Positions 31,055 through 41,499 of a stretch of 64,000 bases of DNA are shown in pieces (the stretch's first letter is position 1; each line of letters opens with the position of its first letter). The translations under genes were made by a program, and so were the position numbers. A model generated the notes under the pieces. That model was given only the letters and a program-made list of their open reading frames with translations. It had not been told where the DNA came from and searched no databases. The stretch is from Nitrosopumilus sp. (GTDB taxonomy: Archaea; Thermoproteota; Nitrososphaeria; Nitrososphaerales; Nitrosopumilaceae), in contig OZ241981.1 of assembly GCA_965204345.1 (NCBI GenBank), positions 32,001 through 96,000 of the forward strand, in the 5' to 3' direction.

Positions 31055-32482
31055 TTAGCCCAAGAGGCAATATGCATATCCTGGGGCAAATGACGGATAC
31101 ATGATGTTTGTCTTGTCCTTCACATGTTGCAGTCCAATTGAGTGTCCCAACTCGTGTGTCATGATGGTTTCCACGCTTTTAACATCATACAGCTGAAAAC
31201 TTCCGTCACAATTATAATCGCCCAGTGTCACCTCTACCACCCCTTTGCCGATGTGCGCGTGTCCCAGGACGCCGTCCCCTATGTTTCGTACTACCCATGT
31301 CACCCAGACGTTTGCTTCCTGTTTTAGATTGGTAACCTCAAATTTTATCTTTGCATTTAGATCATTTGTTGTCAGTTCCTGCTCTTCCCAAAACATAAAT
31401 GATTCTTTTAGCGTGCCAACATGATCCAGTGGAAGTCCCGTTGGCTGTTCGTTGATGAATACCTTGTAGTGTATAATGTACACGCCGTCATCTATCTCAT
31501 ATGTTGGATTTGGAAAACTTCCTGATGCCCTTTTTACCTCGTCTTCAAAGTTCCATCTGGCATAGTCCCTTAGAAATTTTTTTATTACATCCTGACTCGG
31601 GTTGGGAAATTCTATGTATCTTTTTTCATTAGAGATGTTCGTGGAAATATCTCTGAGATATTTTTTAAACATTCTGAGCTTCTCTTCTAATTCTTCCTGT
31701 GATTTTTGGAACATGTATTCAGTACTGATGGTGATTATGCCGTTTTCTATCAGATATTGTATGCCCTCAACAAACTCTTCGTCCCCGATTTTTTTGTCTG
31801 CCCACCATCCCGCATTATTTTTTACCCACTTTGGAATTCCTTCGTTTGGTGTCTGATTTTGTATTTTTACTGGAGGAATTTCAATGATTTTATTCTCAAT
31901 CAGATACGCCATTGCCAAAACAAACTCTTCGTCCCCGATTTTTTTGTCTGCCCACCATCCCGCATTATTTTTTACCCACTTGGGAACTGATATGACGTCT
32001 GGTTTTTCTAATGCCTGGGGTTTTTCTGTAGGTGTGTACGGGTATTTTATGATTACACTGTTGATAAAGTCTATGTAGTTCTTTATGATTATGCTGTTTG
32101 GCTTTTCATCGTGTGCCTTTTGAAAATATCTTAGTGATTCCTGATATTCTCCAAGATTGCCAAAACCTACTCCCATTCCGGTTAGTGAAATTACATCATT
32201 TGGTTTGTATTGCAATATCTTGAAAAATTGTCTTAGTGACTTGTCGTGTTCTTGAAGATTACTGTGAACAATCCCCTTCATTTTCAGTGTTGAGATGTTG
32301 TCTGGCTCTACTTCCAATATGTCATCATATATTGTAATGGCTTGCCTGTATTCCCCTTTGTATACGTGTTCCCTGGCCTGATTAAACATGTCTTCCAAGT
32401 CTTTTTCTGCCTGTGCAAATGCCGGTACTGCCCCAAGTGACACACCTAGCAAAAATATGAACAAAAAACAAAACATTCTCAA
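31055..32482 (-). CDS. Secreted TPR + PKWVKNNAGWW-repeat + matrixin-type zinc metalloprotease
   Basis: Signal peptide, TPRs, two repeats, HELGHSIGLQH zinc motif with Met-turn NIMYP. Confidence 0.85.
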   Translation of the reverse strand: MRMFCFLFIFLLGVSLGAVPAFAQAEKDLEDMFNQAREHVYKGEYRQAITIYDDILEVEPDNISTLKMKGIVHSNLQEHDKSLRQFFKILQYKPNDVISLTGMGVGFGNLGEYQESLRYFQKAHDEKPNSIIIKNYIDFINSVIIKYPYTPTEKPQALEKPDVISVPKWVKNNAGWWADKKIGDEEFVLAMAYLIENKIIEIPPVKIQNQTPNEGIPKWVKNNAGWWADKKIGDEEFVEGIQYLIENGIITISTEYMFQKSQEELEEKLRMFKKYLRDISTNISNEKRYIEFPNPSQDVIKKFLRDYARWNFEDEVKRASGSFPNPTYEIDDGVYIIHYKVFINEQPTGLPLDHVGTLKESFMFWEEQELTTNDLNAKIKFEVTNLKQEANVWVTWVVRNIGDGVLGHAHIGKGVVEVTLGDYNCDGSFQLYDVKSVETIMTHELGHSIGLQHVKDKTNIMYPSFAPGYAYCLLG

Positions 32483-32617
32483 TGTGTCTTTTTTGGTGTT
32501 TTTTATTTTATTTTATAGTTTATTTCCAATTTCTACTGCTAGTCTAGGCGATCTTTTTTTATCTGAATTTAACTTATTGGAAAATCTTTAATTTATTCGC
32601 CGTTACGAGATTTTATA

Positions 32618-32950
32618 ATGGCGCATATGGGGGCAGGAGAAGTAATTTATGATTTACGTAAAAAAATCCAGGAAATCCGGACTGATTTGGAGCAGTTAGG
32701 CTCCCCTGCAACTGAAATTCCCGAGATGATCTCATCTACCAATCTGTTGCGTTCAAATGAGTATCTCTCTAAGGCCAATGACAAGAAAACCGAGCTGCTA
32801 AATGCATATGAGAATTACTCTGAGGCATTGGAGGAATTTCTATCATCTGTTTTTGACATTCAAAAAGACCTAAAGGAAATCCTAAAGGAACAGTCCTCGT
32901 TAATTCCTAGCAAAAGACAGACAAAAAGGCCCAAAGCAAGAAAGAAATAA
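32618..32950 (+). CDS. Coiled-coil hypothetical protein
   Basis: 110-aa helical ORF with basic tail. Confidence 0.65.
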   Translation: MAHMGAGEVIYDLRKKIQEIRTDLEQLGSPATEIPEMISSTNLLRSNEYLSKANDKKTELLNAYENYSEALEEFLSSVFDIQKDLKEILKEQSSLIPSKRQTKRPKARKK

Positions 32951-32951
32951 T

Positions 32952-33959
32952 TTATTTTGATAAATGAACAACATCTCCTGCAGTAATTTTATGCATTTTT
33001 TTATTGTCTGATACTATCAGTGATCCGTCTTCTTCTATTCTGACTGCCTTTCCTTTGATTTTGGCCCCTGCCGTGTGCAACTCGATATTCTTTCCTATGG
33101 TAGATGATCTGTCTGTCCATCCCGAAATAATCTTCCCTGTCTGCCTGGCGTTTAGGGATTCGTAGTTCTTCTCCAACTCTGCTAAAAAGGCATGAACCAA
33201 CTCAACGGGTCTGATTTTTTGTTTTTGTCCGTTCAGCGATGCTACCCCGTAGAAATTTGGGGTACCTTTTAGCGTTTTTTCAATTTGCCTTGCATTTACA
33301 TCAAAGTTTATTCCGACCCCTAGCACCAGATTCCCGATTCTGTTTGACTCCAGTGATGCATCTACTAGCATTCCTGCAATCTTTTTGCCCCCTATTGTTA
33401 AATCATTTGGCCATTTTAATTCCGGTTTGACTGAAAATGTCTTCTCTATTGCAACTGATAATGCAAGAGACGACGCGATTGGAAACAATGTTGTCATTGA
33501 GACATCAAATTTTGGATAAAGTATGACAGATAACCAGATTCCTCCGCTTGGAGAAACCCATCTCCTCCCTGATCTTCCTCGCCCTCCTGTCTGCCTTGCT
33601 GCTACGATTACTGCTCCGTTGTTTATGGGGTCGTCTGCCATTTTTAGAGCCTGATTTTGTGTAGAGTCTGTGGAGCTAAAATAATATGCTCGCTGACCTA
33701 TTGTCCTTGTTTTTAAATTTGAGATAATTTCCCATGGCAGCAACAGATCCGAATTTGCGATTAGCCTGTATCCTGACTTTTGTTTTGACTCTACAGCATA
33801 TCCCAGCTCTTGAATTTTCTTGATATGCTTCCATACTGCAACCCTGCTAATATGCAGTACATCACTTAGGTCTTGACCTGACAGATACTCTGTATTGTGG
33901 GTCTGCAAGAATGTCAGTACCTTGACTAGCCCTGGACTCTCAAAAGAATTGTAAATCAA
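32952..33959 (-). CDS. birA: Biotin--[acetyl-CoA-carboxylase] ligase with HTH
   Basis: SRVAVWKHI HTH, QTGGRGRSGRRW, KWPND, KIAGML. Confidence 0.93.
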   Translation of the reverse strand: MIYNSFESPGLVKVLTFLQTHNTEYLSGQDLSDVLHISRVAVWKHIKKIQELGYAVESKQKSGYRLIANSDLLLPWEIISNLKTRTIGQRAYYFSSTDSTQNQALKMADDPINNGAVIVAARQTGGRGRSGRRWVSPSGGIWLSVILYPKFDVSMTTLFPIASSLALSVAIEKTFSVKPELKWPNDLTIGGKKIAGMLVDASLESNRIGNLVLGVGINFDVNARQIEKTLKGTPNFYGVASLNGQKQKIRPVELVHAFLAELEKNYESLNARQTGKIISGWTDRSSTIGKNIELHTAGAKIKGKAVRIEEDGSLIVSDNKKMHKITAGDVVHLSK

Positions 33960-33995
33960 CTAGATTCTGTCTTGATTTGGAGTATAAAATGTGCA

Positions 33996-34529
33996 CTAGA
34001 ATCCGACATCAAAATCAAATCCGCCACCGCCATCATCACCGCCGCCATCGCCCATGCTGCTGCCCCCGTCTCCTGTGCCTCCATCTCCCGTATCTGGCAT
34101 GTCCTCTGGTGCAACATAGTCTGACATTGCCATTCCCATCATGCTAAACATCATTGAAAACATGATCATATCCATTACTCCAAAAAACATCATTGTGGGA
34201 ATGATTGACTTGTTGTTATCCATCTCTTGTTTTAGTTTCTCCTTGTCCCCTGCCTTGTATAGCACTGACATTTGGTTCCATCTTGCTTGCAGCTCGTGAA
34301 CCCTTTCATCCACCTCTTTTGATCCCTTCTCCGTAGTGTTGATTTCGACCTTTGTACCAAACAATCCCTTTTTTTCGTTGACTTGGATTAGTCCTCTCTT
34401 TTCTAGCTGCTCTAAAATTGAGTTTAATTCGTCAGGTTTGATCTGGGTCATTTTTTGAATCTTATCAAATTTCCTTATTCCGTGTTTGATTGCACCTAGA
34501 ACAATCAGGTCTTTTGGTTCTGTATCCAC
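33996..34529 (-). CDS. Winged-helix protein with Met-rich segment and Gly/Asp-rich tail
   Basis: N-terminal wHTH (LEQLEKRGLI), low-complexity C-terminus. Confidence 0.75.
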   Translation of the reverse strand: MDTEPKDLIVLGAIKHGIRKFDKIQKMTQIKPDELNSILEQLEKRGLIQVNEKKGLFGTKVEINTTEKGSKEVDERVHELQARWNQMSVLYKAGDKEKLKQEMDNNKSIIPTMMFFGVMDMIMFSMMFSMMGMAMSDYVAPEDMPDTGDGGTGDGGSSMGDGGGDDGGGGFDFDVGF

Positions 34530-34608
34530 ACCATATCTCCTCTATAACTGGTAAAAAATTCTTTGTGTATTTATTATTTTAAAAATTATTATTCCTCACT
34601 ATTGGATA

Positions 34609-35025
34609 TTGGATATGGAACAGGATCCATCCTCTGACGAAGAACTCCGTGAGATTCTATCCCTAAACAAGGTAGCAGTTATAGGCATCTCCAGGCATTC
34701 CTCAAAAGCTGCCCACCATGTTCCAAAGTATCTCTCTGATAATGGTTATAGCATAGTTCCCGTAAATCCCACCGCCGATGTGATCCTAGGCAAGAAATGT
34801 TATGACTCTGTCTCTGAGATAGTTGGCGCAGTTGATATCGTTGAGGTCTTTAGGCCCTCTGATCAGGTATTGCCTGTGGTAAAGGAGGCCATCCAAAAAA
34901 AGCCAAAAGTAATCTGGTTGCAAGAGGGAATTCATAATGTTGAGGCTGAAAATTTGGCAAAACAAGCTGGCATCAAAGTGGTCTTTAACAGATGCATGTT
35001 GGCCGAACATCAGAGATTGTTATGA
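34609..35025 (+). CDS. CoA-binding protein
   Basis: VAVIGIS, PVNP, VDIVEVFRP, WLQEGI, NRC. Confidence 0.9.
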   Translation: MDMEQDPSSDEELREILSLNKVAVIGISRHSSKAAHHVPKYLSDNGYSIVPVNPTADVILGKKCYDSVSEIVGAVDIVEVFRPSDQVLPVVKEAIQKKPKVIWLQEGIHNVEAENLAKQAGIKVVFNRCMLAEHQRLL

Positions 35026-35390
35026 TGGCTAGCTTTGAGCGGTTCTATCAGGACTTGTTGGAACTTGCTAGAAAATATGAGCAAGAAAATCTCCCATTAA
35101 AGATAGAAAAAGATCCTGATCATGACATCCTCAAAATATTTGGAGAAAAAACTACTTCTTTGGCAAGGGCACAAAATGGTTTAAACGATGTGGCCGAACT
35201 TGCATATGCTGCTGCAGAACATCATCCATATTGGAATCTGTTATATCATTGCACTGAAATTTCAAGCAGTGCTTTAGAAAAATGGAGGTCATCCCTGTCT
35301 GAGGATGATTTTTCTGAGATTGCATGGGCAATTAAAGAGCTGAATCAGGCATTAGAGAAAATAAAACAATCAAAACCCTCCCGTTGCTAG
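35022..35390 (+). CDS. Hypothetical protein
   Basis: ATG overlapping the stop of the CoA-binding gene. Confidence 0.65.
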   Translation: MMASFERFYQDLLELARKYEQENLPLKIEKDPDHDILKIFGEKTTSLARAQNGLNDVAELAYAAAEHHPYWNLLYHCTEISSSALEKWRSSLSEDDFSEIAWAIKELNQALEKIKQSKPSRC

Positions 35391-35424
35391 GCAGAGATAA
35401 ATATTTTGAAATGCTAATCCTTGC

Positions 35425-36636
35425 ATGCCAATCAAGATTGGGCTAATTGGTAAAACAAATACCGGCAAAACCACCTTTTTTAATTCTGCCACCCTTTCAT
35501 CTGAGGAAATCTCATCCTATCCGTTTACCACAAAGTCTCCCGTCTCCGGAGTTGCACACGCCATTACGCTGTGCGTGCATCCTGAATTTAAAATTCAGGA
35601 CAATCCAAATAACTCAAAATGTCTTGATGGGTGGAGATACATTCCCATTGAGCTAATTGACCTGCCTGGCCTCATCAAGGATGCCTGGAAGGGAAAAGGC
35701 CTGGGAAACCAGTTTTTGTCCATTGCCGCCCAGTCTGACGTACTGCTCCATGTTGTTGATGCCTCCGGCGGAATTGACTCTACTGGCAAAATAACTGAGG
35801 TTGGCACAGGTGATCCTATATCTGACTTTGCAGACATTGAGGAAGAATTGATCATGTGGTATCATAAAATTTTGGAAGGAAACCGTGACAAAGTTTCCAA
35901 ATTAATTAATTCAGGCTCATCTGTTGTAGATGTCATCACTGATCTTTATCGTGGCATTGGAGTGACAAAGATACATGTCAAAGAATCCTTTCATGCAGCC
36001 GGCCTTGAGGAAAAGGCCTTTGATGACCTTGATATGGCTGAGAGTAAAAAATTTGCTTCATGCTTGAGAAAAATTTCAAAACCCACCCTTATTGTTGCAA
36101 ACAAGGTTGACGTTGACGGCGCTGAGAAAAATTTTGCAAGGTTAAGAGAACGATACAATGACTCCATAGTCATTCCTGTAAGTGGCGATAGTGAGTTTGT
36201 TCTTAGGCGTGCAGAACAAAAGGGCCTGATAAAATATTCTCCGGGCTCTGAGACATTTGAAATCTTAAAATCTGATGAGCTTAATGAAAAGCAAAACAGT
36301 GCCTTGAATTTCATCAAAAAAGAGATCATGGGCGAATACATGAGAACCGGAGTTCAATTTGCAATCAACGTGGCAGTTTTTAAGTTGCTCAAAATGAATT
36401 CCGTATATCCTGTTGCTGATGAAAAAAACCTTGCCGATAAAAAAGGCAAGATCTTGCCTGATCTTATTTTGCTAAAAGACGGCGCCACAATAAGTGATCT
36501 TGCCAAAGAGATCCACACTGATTTGACCAAGGGGCTTCTTTATGGCAAGGATTTAAGATATAATCTGAGATTGCCCATCGACTATCAGCTGAGGGACAGG
36601 GATGTGGTGTCTCTGGTCAGCGCAGCCAAAAAATAG
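35425..36636 (+). CDS. ychF: Redox-regulated ATPase/GTPase YchF (OBG family, TGS domain)
   Basis: GKTNTGKT, YPFTT, DLPG, NKVD, C-terminal TGS (EIHTDL). Confidence 0.9.
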   Translation: MPIKIGLIGKTNTGKTTFFNSATLSSEEISSYPFTTKSPVSGVAHAITLCVHPEFKIQDNPNNSKCLDGWRYIPIELIDLPGLIKDAWKGKGLGNQFLSIAAQSDVLLHVVDASGGIDSTGKITEVGTGDPISDFADIEEELIMWYHKILEGNRDKVSKLINSGSSVVDVITDLYRGIGVTKIHVKESFHAAGLEEKAFDDLDMAESKKFASCLRKISKPTLIVANKVDVDGAEKNFARLRERYNDSIVIPVSGDSEFVLRRAEQKGLIKYSPGSETFEILKSDELNEKQNSALNFIKKEIMGEYMRTGVQFAINVAVFKLLKMNSVYPVADEKNLADKKGKILPDLILLKDGATISDLAKEIHTDLTKGLLYGKDLRYNLRLPIDYQLRDRDVVSLVSAAKK

Positions 36637-36937
36637 ATGTTGTTTTTTAGTGCTGTTTTTTTGCCTTGATCACATTCACATTGAACTGTTGCTTGGATGA
36701 TTTTTTCCAAAATCCAATGGATTCCAACTATAAAAAAAGACGCAAGAATGCTGTGTCTGAAATTATTCTGGTTCTGGCCTCTTCTTTATCGTCATCAAAC
36801 CATCTGTCATTTTTAACTGGCAGCCAACTGACTTTTCTGCAAGGTTCCTCTCATGCTTTTATCTGCAAAGATGTTGCATGTAACATGGATGAACCGGGGG
36901 TTCTTTTCAATCCGTTTGAGTTCCTTCTATCTCTCTC

Positions 36938-37867
36938 TTACTTGCTCCCAATTTGTACAAATGATCCTGCTGAAACCGTCAGGCCTGCACATTTTTCAGG
37001 CTGAATAATCCTTGCAAGAATCTCTATTCCTTCTACGGTTCTGATGCCAGGCTTGCTAAAAAATGAGTCTGCATCCACTGCAAAAATCTTGTTATTTTTC
37101 ACAGCTCTTAGTGTTCTCCATGCCTTGTTATCTCTTAAAATTACGTCATATTCTGAAATTGTCCGCTTTGTGTCAAAACCGCATGGCATCAAAACTATGA
37201 TATCTGGATCTGACCTGATAATCTCATCTGTCGCCAGTCTTCTTGAATGCTCCCCTGCTTTGCTAATCATGTTTATTCCTCCTGCAATTTCAATCATTTC
37301 TGGAACCCAATGCCCTGCAGTAAAAAATGGCTCAATCCATTCGATTGCCAATACCTTGGGTTTGTTATTGCTGATAATTTTTCCAATGTCTGCAACTCTT
37401 TTTTCAAGAGAATCTGCTATCTGTCTAGCTCTTTTGCTGCATTCTAATATCTTGCCCAGTATTGTTATTGATTCTATGATCTCCTTGATACTGTGGGGAT
37501 CCATGGAGTGCAGAATCGGCTTTGTCCCAAGGATCTTTACTGCCTTATTCACTTGACTTGTATACGCGGCACAAACCTCGCAGGTACCCTGGGATATTAT
37601 CATGTCCGGATTTGCATTTTTCAAATTTTCTTCATTTAAAACAAAAATGTCTTTGCCCTCGCTTTGCAGCTTGCAAGTTGCTGCATCTATTTCCTTGCTG
37701 GTTAGTTCCTTGGAATTAATCACCGTATCTATGACTCTTGGTTTTGAGCATGCATCCTGCGGATATCTGCATTCGTGTGTTACTCCCTTAAGCTTGTCCT
37801 GTCTCCCTAATTCGTATACTAGTTCGGTTCCGCTAGGCACAAATGAGACGATTCGACTTACTGTCAT
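36938..37867 (-). CDS. Cobalamin/iron ABC-type substrate-binding protein (BtuF-like)
   Basis: RIVSFVPSGTE, GVTHEC, CEVCA, AGHWVPEM, PCGF. Confidence 0.82.
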   Translation of the reverse strand: MTVSRIVSFVPSGTELVYELGRQDKLKGVTHECRYPQDACSKPRVIDTVINSKELTSKEIDAATCKLQSEGKDIFVLNEENLKNANPDMIISQGTCEVCAAYTSQVNKAVKILGTKPILHSMDPHSIKEIIESITILGKILECSKRARQIADSLEKRVADIGKIISNNKPKVLAIEWIEPFFTAGHWVPEMIEIAGGINMISKAGEHSRRLATDEIIRSDPDIIVLMPCGFDTKRTISEYDVILRDNKAWRTLRAVKNNKIFAVDADSFFSKPGIRTVEGIEILARIIQPEKCAGLTVSAGSFVQIGSK

Positions 37868-37965
37868 GGTTTTGACTAGATGATATTTTACTTAAACGCC
37901 CTGTTTGCTGGCGATCAATTTTTGTCATTAGGCAAGTTAATAGGCATTTTTTAGGTACAAAAACC

Positions 37966-39123
37966 ATGATTTCAGACTCTGAAAATATTCGTAGAGCCAT
38001 CCTGTCTAGATGGCACGAATCTCTTTTAAGGCATGGCAATCTGTTCTCTTCTGATTTTGTGAGCGGTGCTAGTCCTCCGTCTGTATTTGTTGGATCATAC
38101 AACTACCCCAAAGTCCTCGTTGGTCCTATGGTGCCCCCAATTCATGGGGATACTAGTCTGTTAGATAGCCCTGAGCGATGGACAGGAAAGTCTTTAGAAG
38201 ACATTGTAAATTTTAGGCTCAATTTGGTCAGGGGCACACAAAAAATTCCAATAGGACAGACTGACGGGCGATACGTTGAAAATCTCCAAGAAGTTACAAT
38301 GTCTTCAAGGCCTATTGATTCTGATCTAGTTTTTCAGAGTTCTACTGCCCCTAGTGTTTCACTTGACGGTGAGAGTGCCCCTTTTGGTCCTATTGGCCAA
38401 ATAAAATCTGCAAAATTCTCTGCAAATGCTCCTGTAAAATCTATAGAAAAAACATACTATGACAAGGATCTAAAAGCTCAAGATGCTGTTTTAAATTTAT
38501 ATAATTCCGGAGTAGAAATTTCAAAAATCCAAAAATGCTTCAGTATTGGAATGCTCGGATGCAAAAGGAAGCTTGTTCCTACTAAATGGAGTATTACTGC
38601 AACTGATGATATTATTTGCAAATCGCTTACCGAGGACGTGTTAAACTACGGCCTGATTGACTCGCACAGGGTCTTTTCGTATGAGCATTTGGGGAATATC
38701 TTTTGCGTGGTATTGTTTCCACACCGATGGGTCTATGAAATGATTGAGGCCTGGTATTCTAACGGTGTCTTGGGTTTTGGCTCTGACTGTGAGGATGCCC
38801 GCGGAATTGATCATCCTCCCACTATTGCCGGTGCATATTTTGCTGCAAAACTAGGTGTTTTAGAATACCTTGTCAAAAATAAAGTTCAAGCAGGAGCTGT
38901 AATTTTACGAGAAATCCGTCCCGAGTATGCCATCCCTGTCGGTGTGTGGCAAGTGAGAGAGGGCGTCAGGGAGGCAATGAATAAAAAGCATCTCTTTGCC
39001 GATGATTTTGAGCACGCACTAACTTTGGCCTCAAATAAAACGAGCATCAGTAAATCTGAGTGGCTCATGCATGGAAATGTTGTCGAACTGACCAGACAGA
39101 AAGCTATTTCTGATTTTTTTTAA
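37966..39123 (+). CDS. nreA: Archaeal DNA repair protein Nre family
   Basis: SPPSVFVGSYNYPKV, LVPTKWSITATD, PVGVWQVRE, C-terminal PIP box QKAISDFF. Confidence 0.9.
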   Translation: MISDSENIRRAILSRWHESLLRHGNLFSSDFVSGASPPSVFVGSYNYPKVLVGPMVPPIHGDTSLLDSPERWTGKSLEDIVNFRLNLVRGTQKIPIGQTDGRYVENLQEVTMSSRPIDSDLVFQSSTAPSVSLDGESAPFGPIGQIKSAKFSANAPVKSIEKTYYDKDLKAQDAVLNLYNSGVEISKIQKCFSIGMLGCKRKLVPTKWSITATDDIICKSLTEDVLNYGLIDSHRVFSYEHLGNIFCVVLFPHRWVYEMIEAWYSNGVLGFGSDCEDARGIDHPPTIAGAYFAAKLGVLEYLVKNKVQAGAVILREIRPEYAIPVGVWQVREGVREAMNKKHLFADDFEHALTLASNKTSISKSEWLMHGNVVELTRQKAISDFF

Positions 39124-39189
39124 AATCTGCTGATTTAATTTTAAATATCATAATTTTGCATAAGTATTTTTTTGGGGGTTATTAGTAAA

Positions 39190-39736
39190 ATAATGAACTA
39201 TCTACCTTTCCTAACAATTCAAAAGATCATCAAACATTTCAGAAAAAGCTGCAGACAGAGGCAGTAAATACGCAGAAAAAAACTCTTAATCAATAATAAA
39301 GAACTTTGATAAACTCTGTAAGGAAAAATATGACAAACAGGTGGTGAGACAATTAAAAGCGATTCGTGATGAATATTTTACTAAAACTGGAAGAAGAAAT
39401 ATGACAAGCAGGAGATCAGACCAATAGCAGAATATCAAAAAATAGATCTAGGTATTGTTTACAAGTTACTCCAAGAGTGGATCAACTGGAACAGCAAGAA
39501 TATGCTTCTAAATGATATCCCAGTTTTTTCATGTATTAAAAAAATATCTCAGATATCACAACATAAAGATCACAAAAGAGGATATGGAAAATTCTCCGGA
39601 TTTTCCATACATGATCAAAGAGGAAAAACACCCACTGACAAAAGAGGAGCTGCAAGATATTGAGTCTGAGCAACAGGAAAAATTATCTCAAAATTATAGG
39701 ACAGTTATCAAGTGGATTAAGATTGATAGGACTTGA
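39190..39736 (+). pseudogene. Decayed N-terminal part of a thaumarchaeal tyrosine integrase
   Basis: Fragments IIKNFDKLCKEKY / VYKLLQEWINWNSK / LKKYLRYHNIKITKEDM...EEKHPLTKEELQDI in shifted frames with stops; no catalytic domain. Confidence 0.55.
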
Positions 39737-39759
39737 CAAGTACATTCTAATAAATATCA

Positions 39760-40085
39760 AAAAGTGAATTTTTCAGAATGAAAATATTATTACATGGTAT
39801 TTAGAAAAATTATCCATAAATTAGAGATTTCAATATGTAAGAATATCTCCTAAAATAAGAAATATCATTACACGGTATGATTTAGAAAAGAGAATAAATA
39901 TTCAAAGATTAGCGTGAAAAATACCAAAATCTACGTATAAGCCTGAACAATTTCTATGTCTGATCTTTAGAATTTAGGATAGATTGATTGGATTATCTTT
40001 GCATCGGAGAAGGGTATATTATCGAGAAGAAAACCATCTCTGAATTAAATCAAAAATGTTTGAAGTTCAAAGATGGATAAAATAT
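39760..40085 (+). pseudogene. tbp: Decayed TATA-binding protein gene
   Basis: VRISPKIRNIITRYDLEKRINIQRLA*KIPKSTYKPEQFLCLIFRI*D, then in shifted frames IFASEKGIL / KTISELNQ; aligns to the second repeat of the TBP at 46536-47075; stops at 39915 and 39975. Confidence 0.8.
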
Positions 40086-40127
40086 ACACTTGTCTAATCT
40101 TTTATTAGAGTTTTGTTGGTGGAAATA

Positions 40128-41474
40128 ATGGTGACACAGATAGAATTTGAGAAAGAAAATCTTCCAGAAGGATGGATTGTAACAGCAATTAGCAACATAA
40201 CAGAAACTGTACAAAAAATTAATCCTAAAGATACCCCCAATAAAATATTCCATTATTGTGACATAAATTCGATCGATAATAGTAGATTACAAATTACCAA
40301 TCCAAAACAAATTTTGGGTAAGAATGCACCATCTAGAGCAAGACAACTAATTAAGAAAAATGACATATTATTTTCCACTGTTCGAACATATTTGAAAAAT
40401 ATTGCGATGGTTCCAGAACATTTAAATGATAATTTGGCATCAACAGGATTTTGTGTTATACGAGCAGGAAAAATTAATGAAAAATTTATGTTTAATTATA
40501 TACAATCATCTCAGTTCATTGATCTAATAAACAGTGCACAAAGAGGAATAAGTTATCCAGCTGTAAGAAATAATGATGTACATAATAGCATTATTCCTCT
40601 CCCCCCACTCAACGAACAAAAACGCATCGTTACAAAAATCGAATCAATCTTCACACAGATTGATGCATGTAAAGAAGAATTAGATGTATTTGCATCGCAG
40701 ACCAAATCAGTTTCTTATAGTTTACAAACATTGAAGGGAAATATATTAAAACAAATGTTTGAAGAATTAAATAAAAAACACAGAGCAGATATGTTAGAGA
40801 AGGTGTGTATTGATATCCAATCGGGATTTGCTCAAGGGGAAAAAGATGTAAAAAATGGAATAATTCATCTTAGAATGAATAATATAGATACAAACTTCAC
40901 AATGAATTTTGAACTACTTCGGACTATCAATGCTACAAATAAACAAAAAGAAAAATATCTTTTACAAAAAAATGACATACTTTTTGTGAATACGAATAGT
41001 GTAGAATTAGTAGGCAAATCTGCTATTTTTACATTTGATAAAGACTGTCTTTATAGTAATCATTTAACACGTCTGCGCACTAATATTTCTATACTAGATC
41101 CAAAATTTCTCTTGTATTATTTTTATTATAAATGGATAAAACATGATTTTCGAAGTATATGTAATAAATGGATAAATCAAGTGGCAATTAATACTACAAA
41201 AATTAAACAACTACAAATTCCTCTTCCTCCCCTCAACGAACAAAAACGCATTGTTACAAAAATCGAATCAATCTTTGACAGGATTGATGTAAAACAAGAG
41301 GAAATGAAAAAGATTGAGATGCAGTTAAAATCAATTCCCGACAGCATTAATACATTGAAAGGCAGCATATTAAAAAAAGCATTTGAAGGTAAGTTGGTTC
41401 CACAGAATCCAAATGACGAACACGCATCTGTACTTCTTGAGAGGATAAAATCCCAAAAATCTAGGAAAATATAA
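40128..41474 (+). CDS. hsdS: Type I R-M specificity subunit (hsdS copy 1, complete, two TRDs)
   Basis: LPEGW, two IPLPPLNEQKRIV conserved regions, SILKKAFEGKLVPQNPNDE tail. Confidence 0.95.
   Translation: MVTQIEFEKENLPEGWIVTAISNITETVQKINPKDTPNKIFHYCDINSIDNSRLQITNPKQILGKNAPSRARQLIKKNDILFSTVRTYLKNIAMVPEHLNDNLASTGFCVIRAGKINEKFMFNYIQSSQFIDLINSAQRGISYPAVRNNDVHNSIIPLPPLNEQKRIVTKIESIFTQIDACKEELDVFASQTKSVSYSLQTLKGNILKQMFEELNKKHRADMLEKVCIDIQSGFAQGEKDVKNGIIHLRMNNIDTNFTMNFELLRTINATNKQKEKYLLQKNDILFVNTNSVELVGKSAIFTFDKDCLYSNHLTRLRTNISILDPKFLLYYFYYKWIKHDFRSICNKWINQVAINTTKIKQLQIPLPPLNEQKRIVTKIESIFDRIDVKQEEMKKIEMQLKSIPDSINTLKGSILKKAFEGKLVPQNPNDEHASVLLERIKSQKSRKI
40593..40666 (+). repeat. Inverted repeat A (left copy), 74 bp; partner 47835-47908
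   Basis: 73/74 nt identical to the reverse complement of 47835-47908. Confidence 0.95.
41233..41296 (+). repeat. Inverted repeat B (left copy), 64 bp; partner 47157-47220
   Basis: 57/64 nt identical to the reverse complement of 47157-47220. Confidence 0.9.
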
Positions 41475-41499
41475 ACACATGACATAAATTTACAAATAG

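Noticed and set aside
36666-37004. 112-aa plus-strand ORF after ychF
   Set aside because: No motifs, overlaps the convergent gene, composition looks non-coding.
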